DNA of 64,000 bases from a virus (IMGVR_UViG_3300029288_000002:32001-96000); one strand, 5' to 3'. Positions 49,266 through 58,658 are shown, counted from the stretch's first letter. The notes: generated by a model not told the origin, from the sequence alone. Made by a program: numbers and translations.

Positions 49266-49529
49266 ATGAAAGCAACAAAGACTGCGAAAGTGTTGAATAC
49301 TATTGATGATAGATACGCTTTAAGCAGTTATGGATGTGAGATTTTAGACAGAGTTATTCGCAAATGCGAACCCCCAACAAACAGGTTTGATGTTTGGAAT
49401 TTGAAATCTATTAATGACGGCAGTGGGTTTTTCTATAGTGTTTGGCGCAATTCTTGGAAAGAAGGGGCTGTTCAAAATTTTCGTGAAATGGCAGATATAT
49501 TTATCTACATTGTAAAATATTATAATTAG
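49266..49529 (+). CDS. Hypothetical protein
   Basis: AAGGAG RBS. Confidence 0.7.
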   Translation: MKATKTAKVLNTIDDRYALSSYGCEILDRVIRKCEPPTNRFDVWNLKSINDGSGFFYSVWRNSWKEGAVQNFREMADIFIYIVKYYN

Positions 49530-49608
49530 TAAAATTGATGCTTGACTTTTGAACGAATGTGCTGTATACTTGAACCAAGATTGATTTTAGACAAAGGAGA
49601 ATTGAAAC

Positions 49609-49857
49609 ATGAAAAAGATTGATCGTTTATGTTCTGAATTAGCGCAAGCACATATGAGTGCGGCAAAAAGTAACGTTACATTTCATAATTCTTTTTGCAC
49701 AACATATGTGGAAGTATATTATAACGAAGAAACAAAAAAGTATTCTGTTTATGATGGAGATTCAAATCATTTAGGAGATTATGGTTTTGATAATGCTGAA
49801 AATTTATTGGCGAAACTGATTAAAACTGAAATTGTTAAATCACTTAATTTAGCATAA
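49609..49857 (+). CDS. Hypothetical protein
   Basis: Promoter + RBS. Confidence 0.7.
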   Translation: MKKIDRLCSELAQAHMSAAKSNVTFHNSFCTTYVEVYYNEETKKYSVYDGDSNHLGDYGFDNAENLLAKLIKTEIVKSLNLA

Positions 49858-49869
49858 AAGGTATAAATT

Positions 49870-50202
49870 ATGGAAAATCCTTATTCTCATTTTTACTTGT
49901 ACGCAAAGGGTTGGTATAAAGAAACCAACCAAACTGACGACCTTTTAAAAATCTTGTCTAATTACAACGGACAACCGCTCAAATATTGTACAGTGCATGA
50001 TTTACAGGTTGTATTGTCACAACCTGTTTACAATGAACTAACAAAGAATTGGTCACGTTATACCTTCCTGGAATTTTGTAGTAATATGGCTAAAGATAAC
50101 AATATCATTACAACCTATTTACGGGTATTGTGTTTAGCTGCAGTTTATGATACACTGGATTTACCAGACAGTAATATTTTGCCGTTGAAAAAGGAGAATT
50201 GA
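49870..50202 (+). CDS. Hypothetical protein
   Basis: Operon member. Confidence 0.7.
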   Translation: MENPYSHFYLYAKGWYKETNQTDDLLKILSNYNGQPLKYCTVHDLQVVLSQPVYNELTKNWSRYTFLEFCSNMAKDNNIITTYLRVLCLAAVYDTLDLPDSNILPLKKEN

Positions 50203-50203
50203 A

Positions 50204-50503
50204 ATGGGTTACTTTACTGCAGACGGCAGAGATGAATATATGGGGGATTATCGCACAAACAACACTGTTAAATATTTATTGACTGTTGAAAGCAATGGTG
50301 ATACTTATCTAACAGGACACGAAACCATTGCTGAGTGTGAAGAAGAATTGAAAAAGTATTCTTCTTATAATGCACTTTTGCAAGTTCGGGTTGAGGGTGG
50401 TTTGCATGGGTATTCTGCCCTTTGTGATTGGAGTGGAAACGTTATGCCGGTTACAAGCAACGAAGAGTATTTTGCATGGCTGGCAACCGCTAAGATTGCA
50501 TAG
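50204..50503 (+). CDS. Hypothetical protein
   Basis: AGGAG RBS. Confidence 0.7.
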   Translation: MGYFTADGRDEYMGDYRTNNTVKYLLTVESNGDTYLTGHETIAECEEELKKYSSYNALLQVRVEGGLHGYSALCDWSGNVMPVTSNEEYFAWLATAKIA

Positions 50504-50913
50504 AAAGGATATTTTAGATATGAAAATTAAAAACAAACTTTTACTTTTTGCGTTTCGACAAGACTGGAAGTTTGGGAAATGGGAGCTTTCAGCAGGAATT
50601 TATTCAAAAAGGGTTCTGTATCGTTTCCCATTTTTACAGATTGATGTTTTTTACGATTAGTAATAAAAGGAGATTAGATATGCCTAATTATGAAACGACT
50701 CGACAGAAATTTGAAAAAATGCTTGTTAATAATGGCAAGAAAGGAGCACAATAATGTTAACATTTCTTTGCATATTTTTAGTTGTTATCTTTGTGATTTA
50801 CAAGAAATTCGATTAGGTGAGGTGTTTTTTGTTATGATGTTGCAATTCTAAACTGTTGTAATTATAACCAGAAGTGGTATAATTGTTGTAATAATTCAGA
50901 TAAGGAGAAACCA

Positions 50914-51252
50914 GTGAAACAACAAGATTTAGAACGTATTATGAACGAAACGCAAGATGCCTATATGCGTAAGTATTTTACAGAAGAATCGTGGCAAAAA
51001 AGTGTCGAAAATCTATTTACCGCCGGTTATACTGTAAAGGCTATTCTTGAAATTATGAGAAGTTTATATATGCGCTGGGCATATGAGGATTTTGCAAAAA
51101 AGGTTGAAACGCCTGATAATGAAGACGATTTCATACTTGTTGCAGACGGCAGTGAGATTATGAAATATGTTGCAAAGACTTATCACTTTCCCTGGTGTAG
51201 CAAGAGACAGAAATACCAAGAATTTTTAGAAACTTTTGAACAAATTTGGTAA
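50914..51252 (+). CDS. Hypothetical protein
   Basis: AAGGAG RBS, GTG start. Confidence 0.7.
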   Translation: MKQQDLERIMNETQDAYMRKYFTEESWQKSVENLFTAGYTVKAILEIMRSLYMRWAYEDFAKKVETPDNEDDFILVADGSEIMKYVAKTYHFPWCSKRQKYQEFLETFEQIW

Positions 51253-51334
51253 AATGCGCGATAGATGGGGAAATAACAGAGAGTTTTGTGTTTGTTAAAT
51301 CAATTTGTGCTTTCATTTCTTTACAGGAGTATTA

Positions 51335-51673
51335 ATGTTTACAGAAAAAGATTTCTCAATGTTGGTGGCTTTTTTGAAAAAGAACGATTTTTTAATGGCT
51401 ACTGAGTATAACAATGGTGCTTTTGTAGCACACGGTAATAACGGCGATGTACTTGTACGATTTGCGTGTTGTGAATATCCGGGACAAGATTGGTATACTC
51501 AAACTACTTATAACAGGATTGCAGCACATACTGTAAAAGGTTTTGACAAATGGCGATTTCCTGATATGGTGATTGCGTTACCGGCAGATAAGGATTATAT
51601 TCTACTGCAATTGCGAAACCTTGCTTTAGGCAAAATTGAAGATTTACCTTTTGAAGAATATGAAGGAGAATAA
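51335..51673 (+). CDS. Hypothetical protein
   Basis: AGGAG RBS. Confidence 0.7.
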   Translation: MFTEKDFSMLVAFLKKNDFLMATEYNNGAFVAHGNNGDVLVRFACCEYPGQDWYTQTTYNRIAAHTVKGFDKWRFPDMVIALPADKDYILLQLRNLALGKIEDLPFEEYEGE

Positions 51674-51674
51674 T

Positions 51675-51866
51675 ATGATTACCATTGCAGAAGTTTACTC
51701 TTGTTTTAATGTTTTGTGCTTGGTTATAATGTTTCTCTCTTTTGCGAAGAGTCTGTTTATTGGTAGCAAATTCAGTTTTATTTTGTACTTTAAGTATGGT
51801 AAGAAATACTACTCCTGGTACAAGTATACTATTTTAGATGCAAAGTTTCCAGACAATTTGAAATAA
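51675..51866 (+). CDS. Small membrane protein
   Basis: AGGAG RBS; hydrophobic segment. Confidence 0.6.
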   Translation: MITIAEVYSCFNVLCLVIMFLSFAKSLFIGSKFSFILYFKYGKKYYSWYKYTILDAKFPDNLK

Positions 51867-51876
51867 AGGAGTTTTT

Positions 51877-52200
51877 ATGAAACCTATTTACCGCAAAAGC
51901 CCTCGTTTTGAGCATTTGAATCGGTGTATTTTAAATAATGTTTATTGGGGAAAAGATGCTGCTTTAGAACCATATTGTATTGCATTAGTCGTATTTTCAC
52001 CGATTGGAGATATGTATACTCGTGATAACAATACAGTTATTGGTCAAATTGCAAAGGATTATAACAAGGTTTTAAAGCAGTTTAAGGAAAACAAAGGAAA
52101 AACAATTTCTATAGTATACGAAGCAGAAGGTAGCGATACGAGGTTATATCAATTTGTATTTGTTGAAGGCAACAATATAAGTTTTGAAACATGGAAATAG
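51877..52200 (+). CDS. Hypothetical protein
   Basis: AAGGAG RBS. Confidence 0.7.
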   Translation: MKPIYRKSPRFEHLNRCILNNVYWGKDAALEPYCIALVVFSPIGDMYTRDNNTVIGQIAKDYNKVLKQFKENKGKTISIVYEAEGSDTRLYQFVFVEGNNISFETWK

Positions 52201-52222
52201 AATCTTGTTTTTATGAAAAAGG

Positions 52223-52450
52223 ATGTTGAGTAGGACTAAAAGGACTCCGACACAAGAAGGTTGTTTCTGGTTTTATGGTAATCCATATGAGTATGGTGAT
52301 TTAAACCCTTCTCATTTGCGGCTGTGTCTTGTGGAAATTAAACTGCTACCTTCCCGTTCTTATTTATATTGGTATGACAGTTGTGAATTGTATAACACCA
52401 TTGGATATTGGCAAGAAATTTTACAGCCCCAATTACCAGAGGTTGAATGA
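52223..52450 (+). CDS. Hypothetical protein
   Basis: ATGA overlap with macrodomain gene. Confidence 0.65.
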   Translation: MLSRTKRTPTQEGCFWFYGNPYEYGDLNPSHLRLCLVEIKLLPSRSYLYWYDSCELYNTIGYWQEILQPQLPEVE

Positions 52451-52899
52451 TTACATATCTTGTAGGAGATGCCACATATCCGCAAGGATTAGGGCTAAAG
52501 ATTATTGCTCATGTTTGCAACAATAAAGGCGGGTGGGGTAAAGGGTTTGTTTTGGCTATTTCTAAACGATGGAAAGAGCCAGAGCAATATTATCGAGAAT
52601 TTCACGATATATACAAACTTGGCATGACTCAATTTGTTAGTGTTGGTTATAATCTGTTTGTAGCCAACATGATTGCGCAAGATGGATATAGCACTAAAAA
52701 TAAGCAAGCGTTATCACATGATGCTTTAGAAAAGTGCTTAATGATTGTAAATACTACTGCTAAAAATTACAACGCTTCTATCCACATGCCTCGAATTGGT
52801 ATTGGTTTAGGCGGCGGTAATTGGGAAACTATAGAACAAATTATCAACAGTTGTTGCAATGTGCCGGTATTTGTATACGATTTACCCAAAAAGGAGTAA
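52447..52899 (+). CDS. Macrodomain ADP-ribose-processing protein (TARG1/DarG-like subclass)
   Basis: 'GDAT..IIAHVCN..GGWGKGF..AISKRW..ANMIAQ..IHMPRIGIGLGGGNW'. Confidence 0.88.
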   Translation: MITYLVGDATYPQGLGLKIIAHVCNNKGGWGKGFVLAISKRWKEPEQYYREFHDIYKLGMTQFVSVGYNLFVANMIAQDGYSTKNKQALSHDALEKCLMIVNTTAKNYNASIHMPRIGIGLGGGNWETIEQIINSCCNVPVFVYDLPKKE

Positions 52900-52902
52900 A
52901 CC

Positions 52903-53130
52903 TTGCATTCACCATTTTTATGTTGGTGTCCGTATGGCAGAAACGAATGGAATCTATATGATGACAAAATTATTATTGTTTATGTTGGCATAGATGAAGA
53001 TAGACCGTTATGGGTATATGAATGTTACTTTTGGGGAAGGTTCAAACACGGGACTCGAAATAGTAAAAAAGAAGCGCAGAAGAAGGTAATGGAAGAATAC
53101 GCCAGGTGTGAAGTTGTAGAAGTCGCATAA
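52903..53130 (+). CDS. Hypothetical Trp-rich protein
   Basis: AAGGAG RBS, TTG start. Confidence 0.6.
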   Translation: MHSPFLCWCPYGRNEWNLYDDKIIIVYVGIDEDRPLWVYECYFWGRFKHGTRNSKKEAQKKVMEEYARCEVVEVA

Positions 53131-53263
53131 ATGTGATATTTTAGTTGTAAATTCTCATGTTTAAACATGAGAATTTTGTTATAAAATTGCAATATTTTGC
53201 CTATTGTAATTTTGACAGAATGTAGTATAATGATTATATCTTGATAAGGAAAGGACATAAGCA

Positions 53264-53614
53264 ATGAGAAACAATATTGTACTAACAACCTGGGCAAAGT
53301 CTTATCCTACTCGCTCAAAGAATCCTGAAAAGGATATTAAATACTATCATGTAGGCACAAGCAGTTTATGGGTAGTATGTGACAAAAGCGAAGTATTTGA
53401 AGACGATCCTGGTCGTGGTACACCTGCTATGGTGTATAGAGTTGACAGAAGCGGCGAAGTATTAGAAAGTGCAACTTTCTGGTGTGCTTTGGATAATGGA
53501 TTAGATGGTTATGAATTAACCAATGCCCAGGATCAGTGGTTATCAAGCATTCAAAACAAGGTCAATAAGTTTTTATATAGCGATTCGTCGTGGGGAGTGT
53601 GCAAATATGACTAA
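53264..53614 (+). CDS. Hypothetical protein
   Basis: Promoter + RBS. Confidence 0.7.
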   Translation: MRNNIVLTTWAKSYPTRSKNPEKDIKYYHVGTSSLWVVCDKSEVFEDDPGRGTPAMVYRVDRSGEVLESATFWCALDNGLDGYELTNAQDQWLSSIQNKVNKFLYSDSSWGVCKYD

Positions 53615-53816
53615 CAGCAATGCTATGAACAAAATGTTATCTATGAATTGTCCGCAAGATTTAGAAAACGGGTTACTCGGATTTTATTTTGAACTTCATT
53701 GCACAGCAGTTTTTATTACTGCAAAAAAGATTAAAGAGTATAATCCTTTTTCTGGATTTGCAGAATATGAAATTGTTTCTTTTAAAGAAGTGGATGTGAG
53801 GAGTGAACAAGAATGA
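53607..53816 (+). CDS. Hypothetical protein
   Basis: GGGGAG RBS, overlap with neighbours. Confidence 0.6.
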   Translation: MTNSNAMNKMLSMNCPQDLENGLLGFYFELHCTAVFITAKKIKEYNPFSGFAEYEIVSFKEVDVRSEQE

Positions 53817-54010
53817 CTAAAAAGAAACGTGTAAAACTACACGGCAACAAAAAGAAAGAACAACCCAAGTTTGATTGGGAGTTTAAGTATTTTGTTTCTG
53901 GTCTAACTGAAGAAAAAGCAGACTATCTATCCGAGATTTTCATGTATGGTATAGATATTGCGGGTGAAGGCGGTATTGGTTTTTATAGCAAGATTGAAGA
54001 TAAGGAGTAG
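53813..54010 (+). CDS. Hypothetical protein (paralogue of next)
   Basis: Lys-rich N-terminus, 'GLTEEKADYL'. Confidence 0.7.
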   Translation: MTKKKRVKLHGNKKKEQPKFDWEFKYFVSGLTEEKADYLSEIFMYGIDIAGEGGIGFYSKIEDKE

Positions 54011-54012
54011 AA

Positions 54013-54198
54013 ATGGCTAAGAAAAATAAAAAGCAGAAGAAGCATTTGATGGAAGTTGATTTGCTCATTGAAAATTTGACTAATGAGCAGGCAGATCGGT
54101 TATTAGATATTATTTGTAATTATGCAGATTCACATGGCGCAGTTGTTGTTGGTCATATAGGTATTCACAAGAAGGATAAATGTGATGTCAAAGCATAG
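54013..54198 (+). CDS. Hypothetical protein (paralogue of previous)
   Basis: Lys-rich N-terminus, 'NLTNEQADRL'. Confidence 0.7.
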   Translation: MAKKNKKQKKHLMEVDLLIENLTNEQADRLLDIICNYADSHGAVVVGHIGIHKKDKCDVKA

Positions 54199-54448
54199 TA
54201 AAGACCTCGAACACTGTAAAGATTATAAAGATTTTGAGCGGTTTATGTTAGATAACGGGTTTGAATATGACCATAGTACTGGGGGTCATAACTTTTATAA
54301 ACCTCCAAACTGCGGGAGAAGCATTCCGTTATCTGCTCATACCAAAGAGCCGTCCAAAGATTTATTAAATCGCTTAAAGAAGGAAATCTTAGCAGCAATG
54401 GGATTACTCACTATAGTTGTTGTTCTTTTGATTATGTTTATTCATTGA
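54185..54448 (+). CDS. HicA-like toxin domain with C-terminal hydrophobic tail
   Basis: 'ML.NGFEYDHSTGGHNFYKP..IPLSAH.KEPSKDLL'; ends 'LLTIVVVLLIMFIH'. Confidence 0.7.
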   Translation: MSKHSKDLEHCKDYKDFERFMLDNGFEYDHSTGGHNFYKPPNCGRSIPLSAHTKEPSKDLLNRLKKEILAAMGLLTIVVVLLIMFIH

Positions 54449-54484
54449 TAAATTTTGGGATTTTATAATTGAAAAGGAGTAAAA

Positions 54485-54718
54485 ATGACAGAGACATTAT
54501 TATCGCCAGAAAAGAAATGGTTTAAATTTACTAATAGGTTTGAAGATACTTATGGCTTAGTTTATGCCACAGACGAAAATGATGTGATGCTACAAGTGTG
54601 TGGGTATTTATCTGAGTTAAAAGAGTCTGATGATAACTACCTCATGTTTTTAGTTGAAGTGATTGCTAATATAGAAGATGCCAAAGCCAATTGGCATTAT
54701 AAGTATGTAATCGAATAA
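54485..54718 (+). CDS. Hypothetical protein
   Basis: AAGGAG RBS. Confidence 0.7.
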   Translation: MTETLLSPEKKWFKFTNRFEDTYGLVYATDENDVMLQVCGYLSELKESDDNYLMFLVEVIANIEDAKANWHYKYVIE

Positions 54719-54761
54719 AGGAGATTTGAAATGATTATTATTAACGTTGATATGGATAATC

Positions 54762-54872
54762 CTGAGCATCATTACAAGTTTTTGCGCCAGGCTCTACGGA
54801 CAAAGAAGAAGTAAGCGAAAAACAGAGAAGATCATAGCCGAATTGGAGCTAATCGAAGGAGAGGAAAGCTGA
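54762..54872 (+). pseudogene. tnpA: C-terminal remnant of IS607-type serine-recombinase TnpA
   Basis: Translates to LSIITSFCARLYGQRRSKRKTEKIIAELELIEGEES*, the IS607 TnpA C-terminal signature; TGATG-coupled to tnpB. Confidence 0.85.
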
Positions 54873-56101
54873 TGCAACTGGTAGAGCAGCACGTAATCCG
54901 CAAGGGTGACAACCGATATGCAGAGATTGACCGTGCCTGCTTTGCATCGAAGAACCTCTACAATCTGGCAACATACACTGTTCGACAGGCTTTCATCGCG
55001 GATGAAAGCAATTACCTGAATTGGTACGCAGTGGATAAGATACTGCAATCGTCGGAAGCCTATCAGACTTTACCGGCAAAAGTATCTCAGCAAGTTCTCA
55101 AACAAGTGCATGAGACCTGGATAGGCTTCTTTGCCGCAATCAAGGTTTGGAAAGCCAATCCGGGTGCATTTCTTGGCCGGCCACGCATGCCTGGGTATAA
55201 AGACAAGCAGTCGGGTCGGAATATGCTGATCTATACTGACCAGGCATTCAGCAAGAAAAGCCTGAGAGAGGGGATCATCAAGCCCTCAAGGCTGAATATA
55301 GAGGTGAAAACAAGACAAACGCGGATTAATCAGGTCAGGATCATTCCGCGCAATAGGTTCTATGTGGTTGAGGTAGTGTACACGCGAGAACCGATACAGG
55401 CCGAATTGGATGCAGGGCTTGTGGCTGGGATAGACATTGGATTGAACAATTTAGCCACTCTAACATCAAACAAACCTGGGTTTCGACCAGTGATTGTTAA
55501 CGGGAGGCCGCTGAAGTCGCTCAATCAATTCTACAACAAGCGCAAAGCGGAACTGCAATCCAGACTAGCGAATGGTCAGCACACCTCAGAGCAAATCATC
55601 AGGCTTTCTATCAAGCGCAATTGGAGAATACGGCACTACCTGCATACTACCAGCCGTAGGTTCGTTGAACTTTTGGTAAAAGAACGGATTGCCACACTGA
55701 TTGTAGGAAAAAACAGCGCATGGAAACAGGAGATCAACCTGGGTACGAGAACCAATCAGAACTTCGTTTCTATTCCTCATGCGCAACTGATCGAGATGCT
55801 GCGATATAAGTGCCAGCTTGTTGGGATTGAAGTCATTATCCATGAAGAGAGCTACACCTCAAAGTGTTCTTTCCTGGATATGGAACCAATCGAAAAGCAT
55901 GAGACCTACCAGGGCAAGCGCATCAGTCGGGGCATGTTCCGTTCTGCTACAGGTGAAAAGATCAACGCCGACGTAAACGCCGCATACAATATCATCCGAA
56001 AAGTAATCCCCAATGCTTTTGCTGAGGGGATAGTGGGGCTTGTAGTTGCCCCTGTCAGATTTACTCTGCAAACCAAGATTGCCTCATTTTGTGGCAGTTA
56101 A
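54872..56101 (+). CDS. tnpB: TnpB RNA-guided nuclease
   Basis: 'SKNLYN', 'RPRMPGYK', RuvC-I 'GIDIGLNNL', 'EESYTSKCS', RuvC-III 'NADVNAAYNI'. Confidence 0.92.
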   Translation: MQLVEQHVIRKGDNRYAEIDRACFASKNLYNLATYTVRQAFIADESNYLNWYAVDKILQSSEAYQTLPAKVSQQVLKQVHETWIGFFAAIKVWKANPGAFLGRPRMPGYKDKQSGRNMLIYTDQAFSKKSLREGIIKPSRLNIEVKTRQTRINQVRIIPRNRFYVVEVVYTREPIQAELDAGLVAGIDIGLNNLATLTSNKPGFRPVIVNGRPLKSLNQFYNKRKAELQSRLANGQHTSEQIIRLSIKRNWRIRHYLHTTSRRFVELLVKERIATLIVGKNSAWKQEINLGTRTNQNFVSIPHAQLIEMLRYKCQLVGIEVIIHEESYTSKCSFLDMEPIEKHETYQGKRISRGMFRSATGEKINADVNAAYNIIRKVIPNAFAEGIVGLVVAPVRFTLQTKIASFCGS

Positions 56102-56142
56102 GGAAACTATAATATTATTATACAATTGAAAAGGAGATTGAT

Positions 56143-56355
56143 ATGAGCAAACCCGTTTTGAATCATTATTGGTTCAGTAAAAAACAATTGGTATTAGCGC
56201 GAGAAATAATAAGAGAAATAGACTATAAGGACACATATTGTAATATTAATGGTGATGTTTTACAATATACAGAATGCACTTCTTCGAGCCATCCTCTTGG
56301 CACATGGGATGATTATAAATATCTAGGTATTGGCGTATTCGATCACGCAGAATAG
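56143..56355 (+). CDS. Hypothetical protein
   Basis: AAGGAG RBS. Confidence 0.7.
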   Translation: MSKPVLNHYWFSKKQLVLAREIIREIDYKDTYCNINGDVLQYTECTSSSHPLGTWDDYKYLGIGVFDHAE

Positions 56356-56364
56356 GAAAACAGT

Positions 56365-56622
56365 ATGCAACCCGTAATTATGTATTTGTCGGAAGAGTCT
56401 ACATTTGGAAAGAATACTGACCGTTTTCTTGGTATTCACTTTCCCAAAGACGCAGACGTGAAAGGTGTAGTCGAAAAGGTTCTTTCAACTACTAATGGTG
56501 TAAAATCCTTTTATGATTATAAGGATGACTTTTTGCAAAATTTTTTAGTATGTTATATGAAAGGTGCTGTACCAAAAGATGTGAATGCTGCCGTTCGAGA
56601 GTCTATCGAAGCAGCTTTTTAA
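56365..56622 (+). CDS. Hypothetical protein
   Basis: Operon member. Confidence 0.7.
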   Translation: MQPVIMYLSEESTFGKNTDRFLGIHFPKDADVKGVVEKVLSTTNGVKSFYDYKDDFLQNFLVCYMKGAVPKDVNAAVRESIEAAF

Positions 56623-56636
56623 AAAAGGAGATTGAT

Positions 56637-56804
56637 ATGTATAAAATTCAGTATAGCGAAGACGGGATTGTGCGTTGTAATGTAGTAGAGCCTACTAATA
56701 AAAAGCCCTTGTTATTCGATACTAAAGAAGAGGCTAAAGCATGGATTGAAGATTCAATGATCTGTGCGTTATACGAATATTGGTATTATGTACCCGTTGA
56801 ATAG
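56637..56804 (+). CDS. Hypothetical protein
   Basis: AAGGAG RBS. Confidence 0.65.
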   Translation: MYKIQYSEDGIVRCNVVEPTNKKPLLFDTKEEAKAWIEDSMICALYEYWYYVPVE

Positions 56805-56818
56805 AGAGGAATAAAGAT

Positions 56819-57151
56819 ATGACTGCAAACAAGACTTGTGAATATTTGATTGAAGAAGTGTCAAACAATAATGTGCTACAGGGGTTTTATGTGTATCTTG
56901 ATTTTATTGCCGCGAAATACTTTTACGATACTATGAAAGATTGTAGTGAAGAATATTTTTTGTGGACAACCATGATTCATATAGGCTGTGTGTTTGTAAA
57001 GTGTGACCCTCGATATGGAAAAAAGGCGATGAAACTAAAGCTGAAGGATAGAATTATCAATGCTATTGGTGAAGATAAAAAGCGCAAAGAAGCGTTAGAA
57101 GAAGTTGAAAACGAAGAGACAAACGAGAATAGTTGTGCTGATTATGAATAA
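56819..57151 (+). CDS. Hypothetical protein
   Basis: GAGGA RBS. Confidence 0.7.
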   Translation: MTANKTCEYLIEEVSNNNVLQGFYVYLDFIAAKYFYDTMKDCSEEYFLWTTMIHIGCVFVKCDPRYGKKAMKLKLKDRIINAIGEDKKRKEALEEVENEETNENSCADYE

Positions 57152-57219
57152 AGTTAGAAACAACTTTTTTCTAACGAAGAAGCCTAAAACCCAGAGGACT
57201 CTATTGAGGAGGTGTAAAT

Positions 57220-57507
57220 ATGACTAACAAAGCATATTTTGAAGTAGTAGAATTAATGGATAACTGGTCGCATGACCCTTGTTGGGATATTGAAAATACC
57301 AAAGGGTTTGAAGAGTGGAAACCTCAATTGTTAGAATATCGGCTGACAAAAGAAAAAGAATGGAGCGACGAGTATGATAAGAGAATTTCTAATACTGCGG
57401 TTGAACTGGATTGCAGTTATGCTTTAGCAAAATATATTTTGTTACTACGCAAACATATTACTGATCTCGAAGAAAAGATTGACAAAATTGAATATGGAGG
57501 GGCATAG
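57220..57507 (+). CDS. Hypothetical protein
   Basis: GAGGAGG RBS; 'W..DPCWDIE.T.GFEE' motif. Confidence 0.75.
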   Translation: MTNKAYFEVVELMDNWSHDPCWDIENTKGFEEWKPQLLEYRLTKEKEWSDEYDKRISNTAVELDCSYALAKYILLLRKHITDLEEKIDKIEYGGA

Positions 57508-57828
57508 ATGAGCAAGCAAGAAGTTATACAATTTCTAAAAATCATATGGGGGTTTATTGTAATTGTGTTGGTTATTTCTGGATTAGCTTTTGGAATATTT
57601 TGGGCGGTAGATGACCTAATTAATTATTCAAGTTACAATTCCCCTGACGGGTATTATTACATTCGTGATATGGGGGTATATAATGCCTCTATATGGAATT
57701 GTGATGTTGTTAGATTAGATAATTTAATTCTGAAGATGTTTGTTGTATGCACCGATAAACAAGGTAACACAGATGTAGGCTATACTCAATTTTTCAAATT
57801 ATATAAACCAAACGGAGACTCAAAATGA
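57508..57828 (+). CDS. Membrane-anchored protein
   Basis: N-terminal TM helix. Confidence 0.7.
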   Translation: MSKQEVIQFLKIIWGFIVIVLVISGLAFGIFWAVDDLINYSSYNSPDGYYYIRDMGVYNASIWNCDVVRLDNLILKMFVVCTDKQGNTDVGYTQFFKLYKPNGDSK

Positions 57829-58076
57829 GACTGGATAAATCTGATTTCTATTGGGAACAAACACCTTTTTGTAATTGGTTATATACAAACAATAAAGATG
57901 TAGTGGGGGCTTTATATCATCATCACAATAATATGTGGGAATGGGAAATATATTGTTATTTAGATGGTTTTGACCAGCAAAGGATTATTGCAAGTGGATC
58001 AGGTAATAGTTTGCCGTTTAATGTAGCAAAAGAGACTGCCGAATATTTATTGTATCAATACGGAGTAATTTATTAA
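57825..58076 (+). CDS. Hypothetical Trp-rich protein
   Basis: ATGA-type overlap. Confidence 0.7.
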   Translation: MRLDKSDFYWEQTPFCNWLYTNNKDVVGALYHHHNNMWEWEIYCYLDGFDQQRIIASGSGNSLPFNVAKETAEYLLYQYGVIY

Positions 58077-58444
58077 TGTATCTAAAAATTTATTTAGAAG
58101 AAGAGTTATATAACAATAAAGAGTTCTTTGAAATTCTAATGAGCTATCCCCAGGTTTGTGAAAAAGGAACTGTTATCAAAAAGGGATTTTGTAATATCGC
58201 ATTCTTTTTTCAGGACGGTGTAGCAAAGAGAGACGTTACTGAAATATTAGAACAAATTATATCAGAGATTACTACTGCGCTCAAATTATATCCTGATAAT
58301 ATGTGTCCTAATTGTAGTAACAGAGTCACTTGGGATTATCCTTATATTTATTGGAGGTTTTCAGACAGTGGGAATTATCTAAAGGGATTTTGCTTTGAAT
58401 GTGGTAGTGATTATTTGTATAATGCAAGAAATTTAAAGGGATAG
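58076..58444 (+). CDS. Protein with C-terminal zinc ribbon
   Basis: CPNC..CFEC. Confidence 0.7.
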   Translation: MYLKIYLEEELYNNKEFFEILMSYPQVCEKGTVIKKGFCNIAFFFQDGVAKRDVTEILEQIISEITTALKLYPDNMCPNCSNRVTWDYPYIYWRFSDSGNYLKGFCFECGSDYLYNARNLKG

Positions 58445-58448
58445 AATC

Positions 58449-58658
58449 ATGAAAACATATATTGTATATATTAGTTATCGTGAAAATCATAATAATTGGG
58501 ACGAAACATATATTGTTATAGCCAATTCAGAAGAAGAGTGCTTTGATATTTTAAAAGAAGACGGAGTCAATCTTACAGGCGACTGCGATTATACAAGGGA
58601 AGTCTTTCCTGGAAAAGCGATAAAAATACATGATAGCTGGGATGGCTTTTGTCAGTAA
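58449..58658 (+). CDS. Hypothetical protein (paralogue of 62839-63027)
   Basis: 'MKTY..W.E.YIV.A..EEEC'. Confidence 0.7.
   Translation: MKTYIVYISYRENHNNWDETYIVIANSEEECFDILKEDGVNLTGDCDYTREVFPGKAIKIHDSWDGFCQ

Larger units (their letters stand above)
54762..56110 (+). mobile_element. Truncated IS607-family element (tnpA remnant + tnpB)
   Basis: Visibly higher GC than flanks; left end missing; right end approximate. Confidence 0.75.

Noticed and set aside
56108-56121. TnpB guide self-targeting the promoter at 43672 (14-nt identity TATAATATTATTAT)
   Set aside because: Low-complexity AT-only match, and the element's right end is not defined
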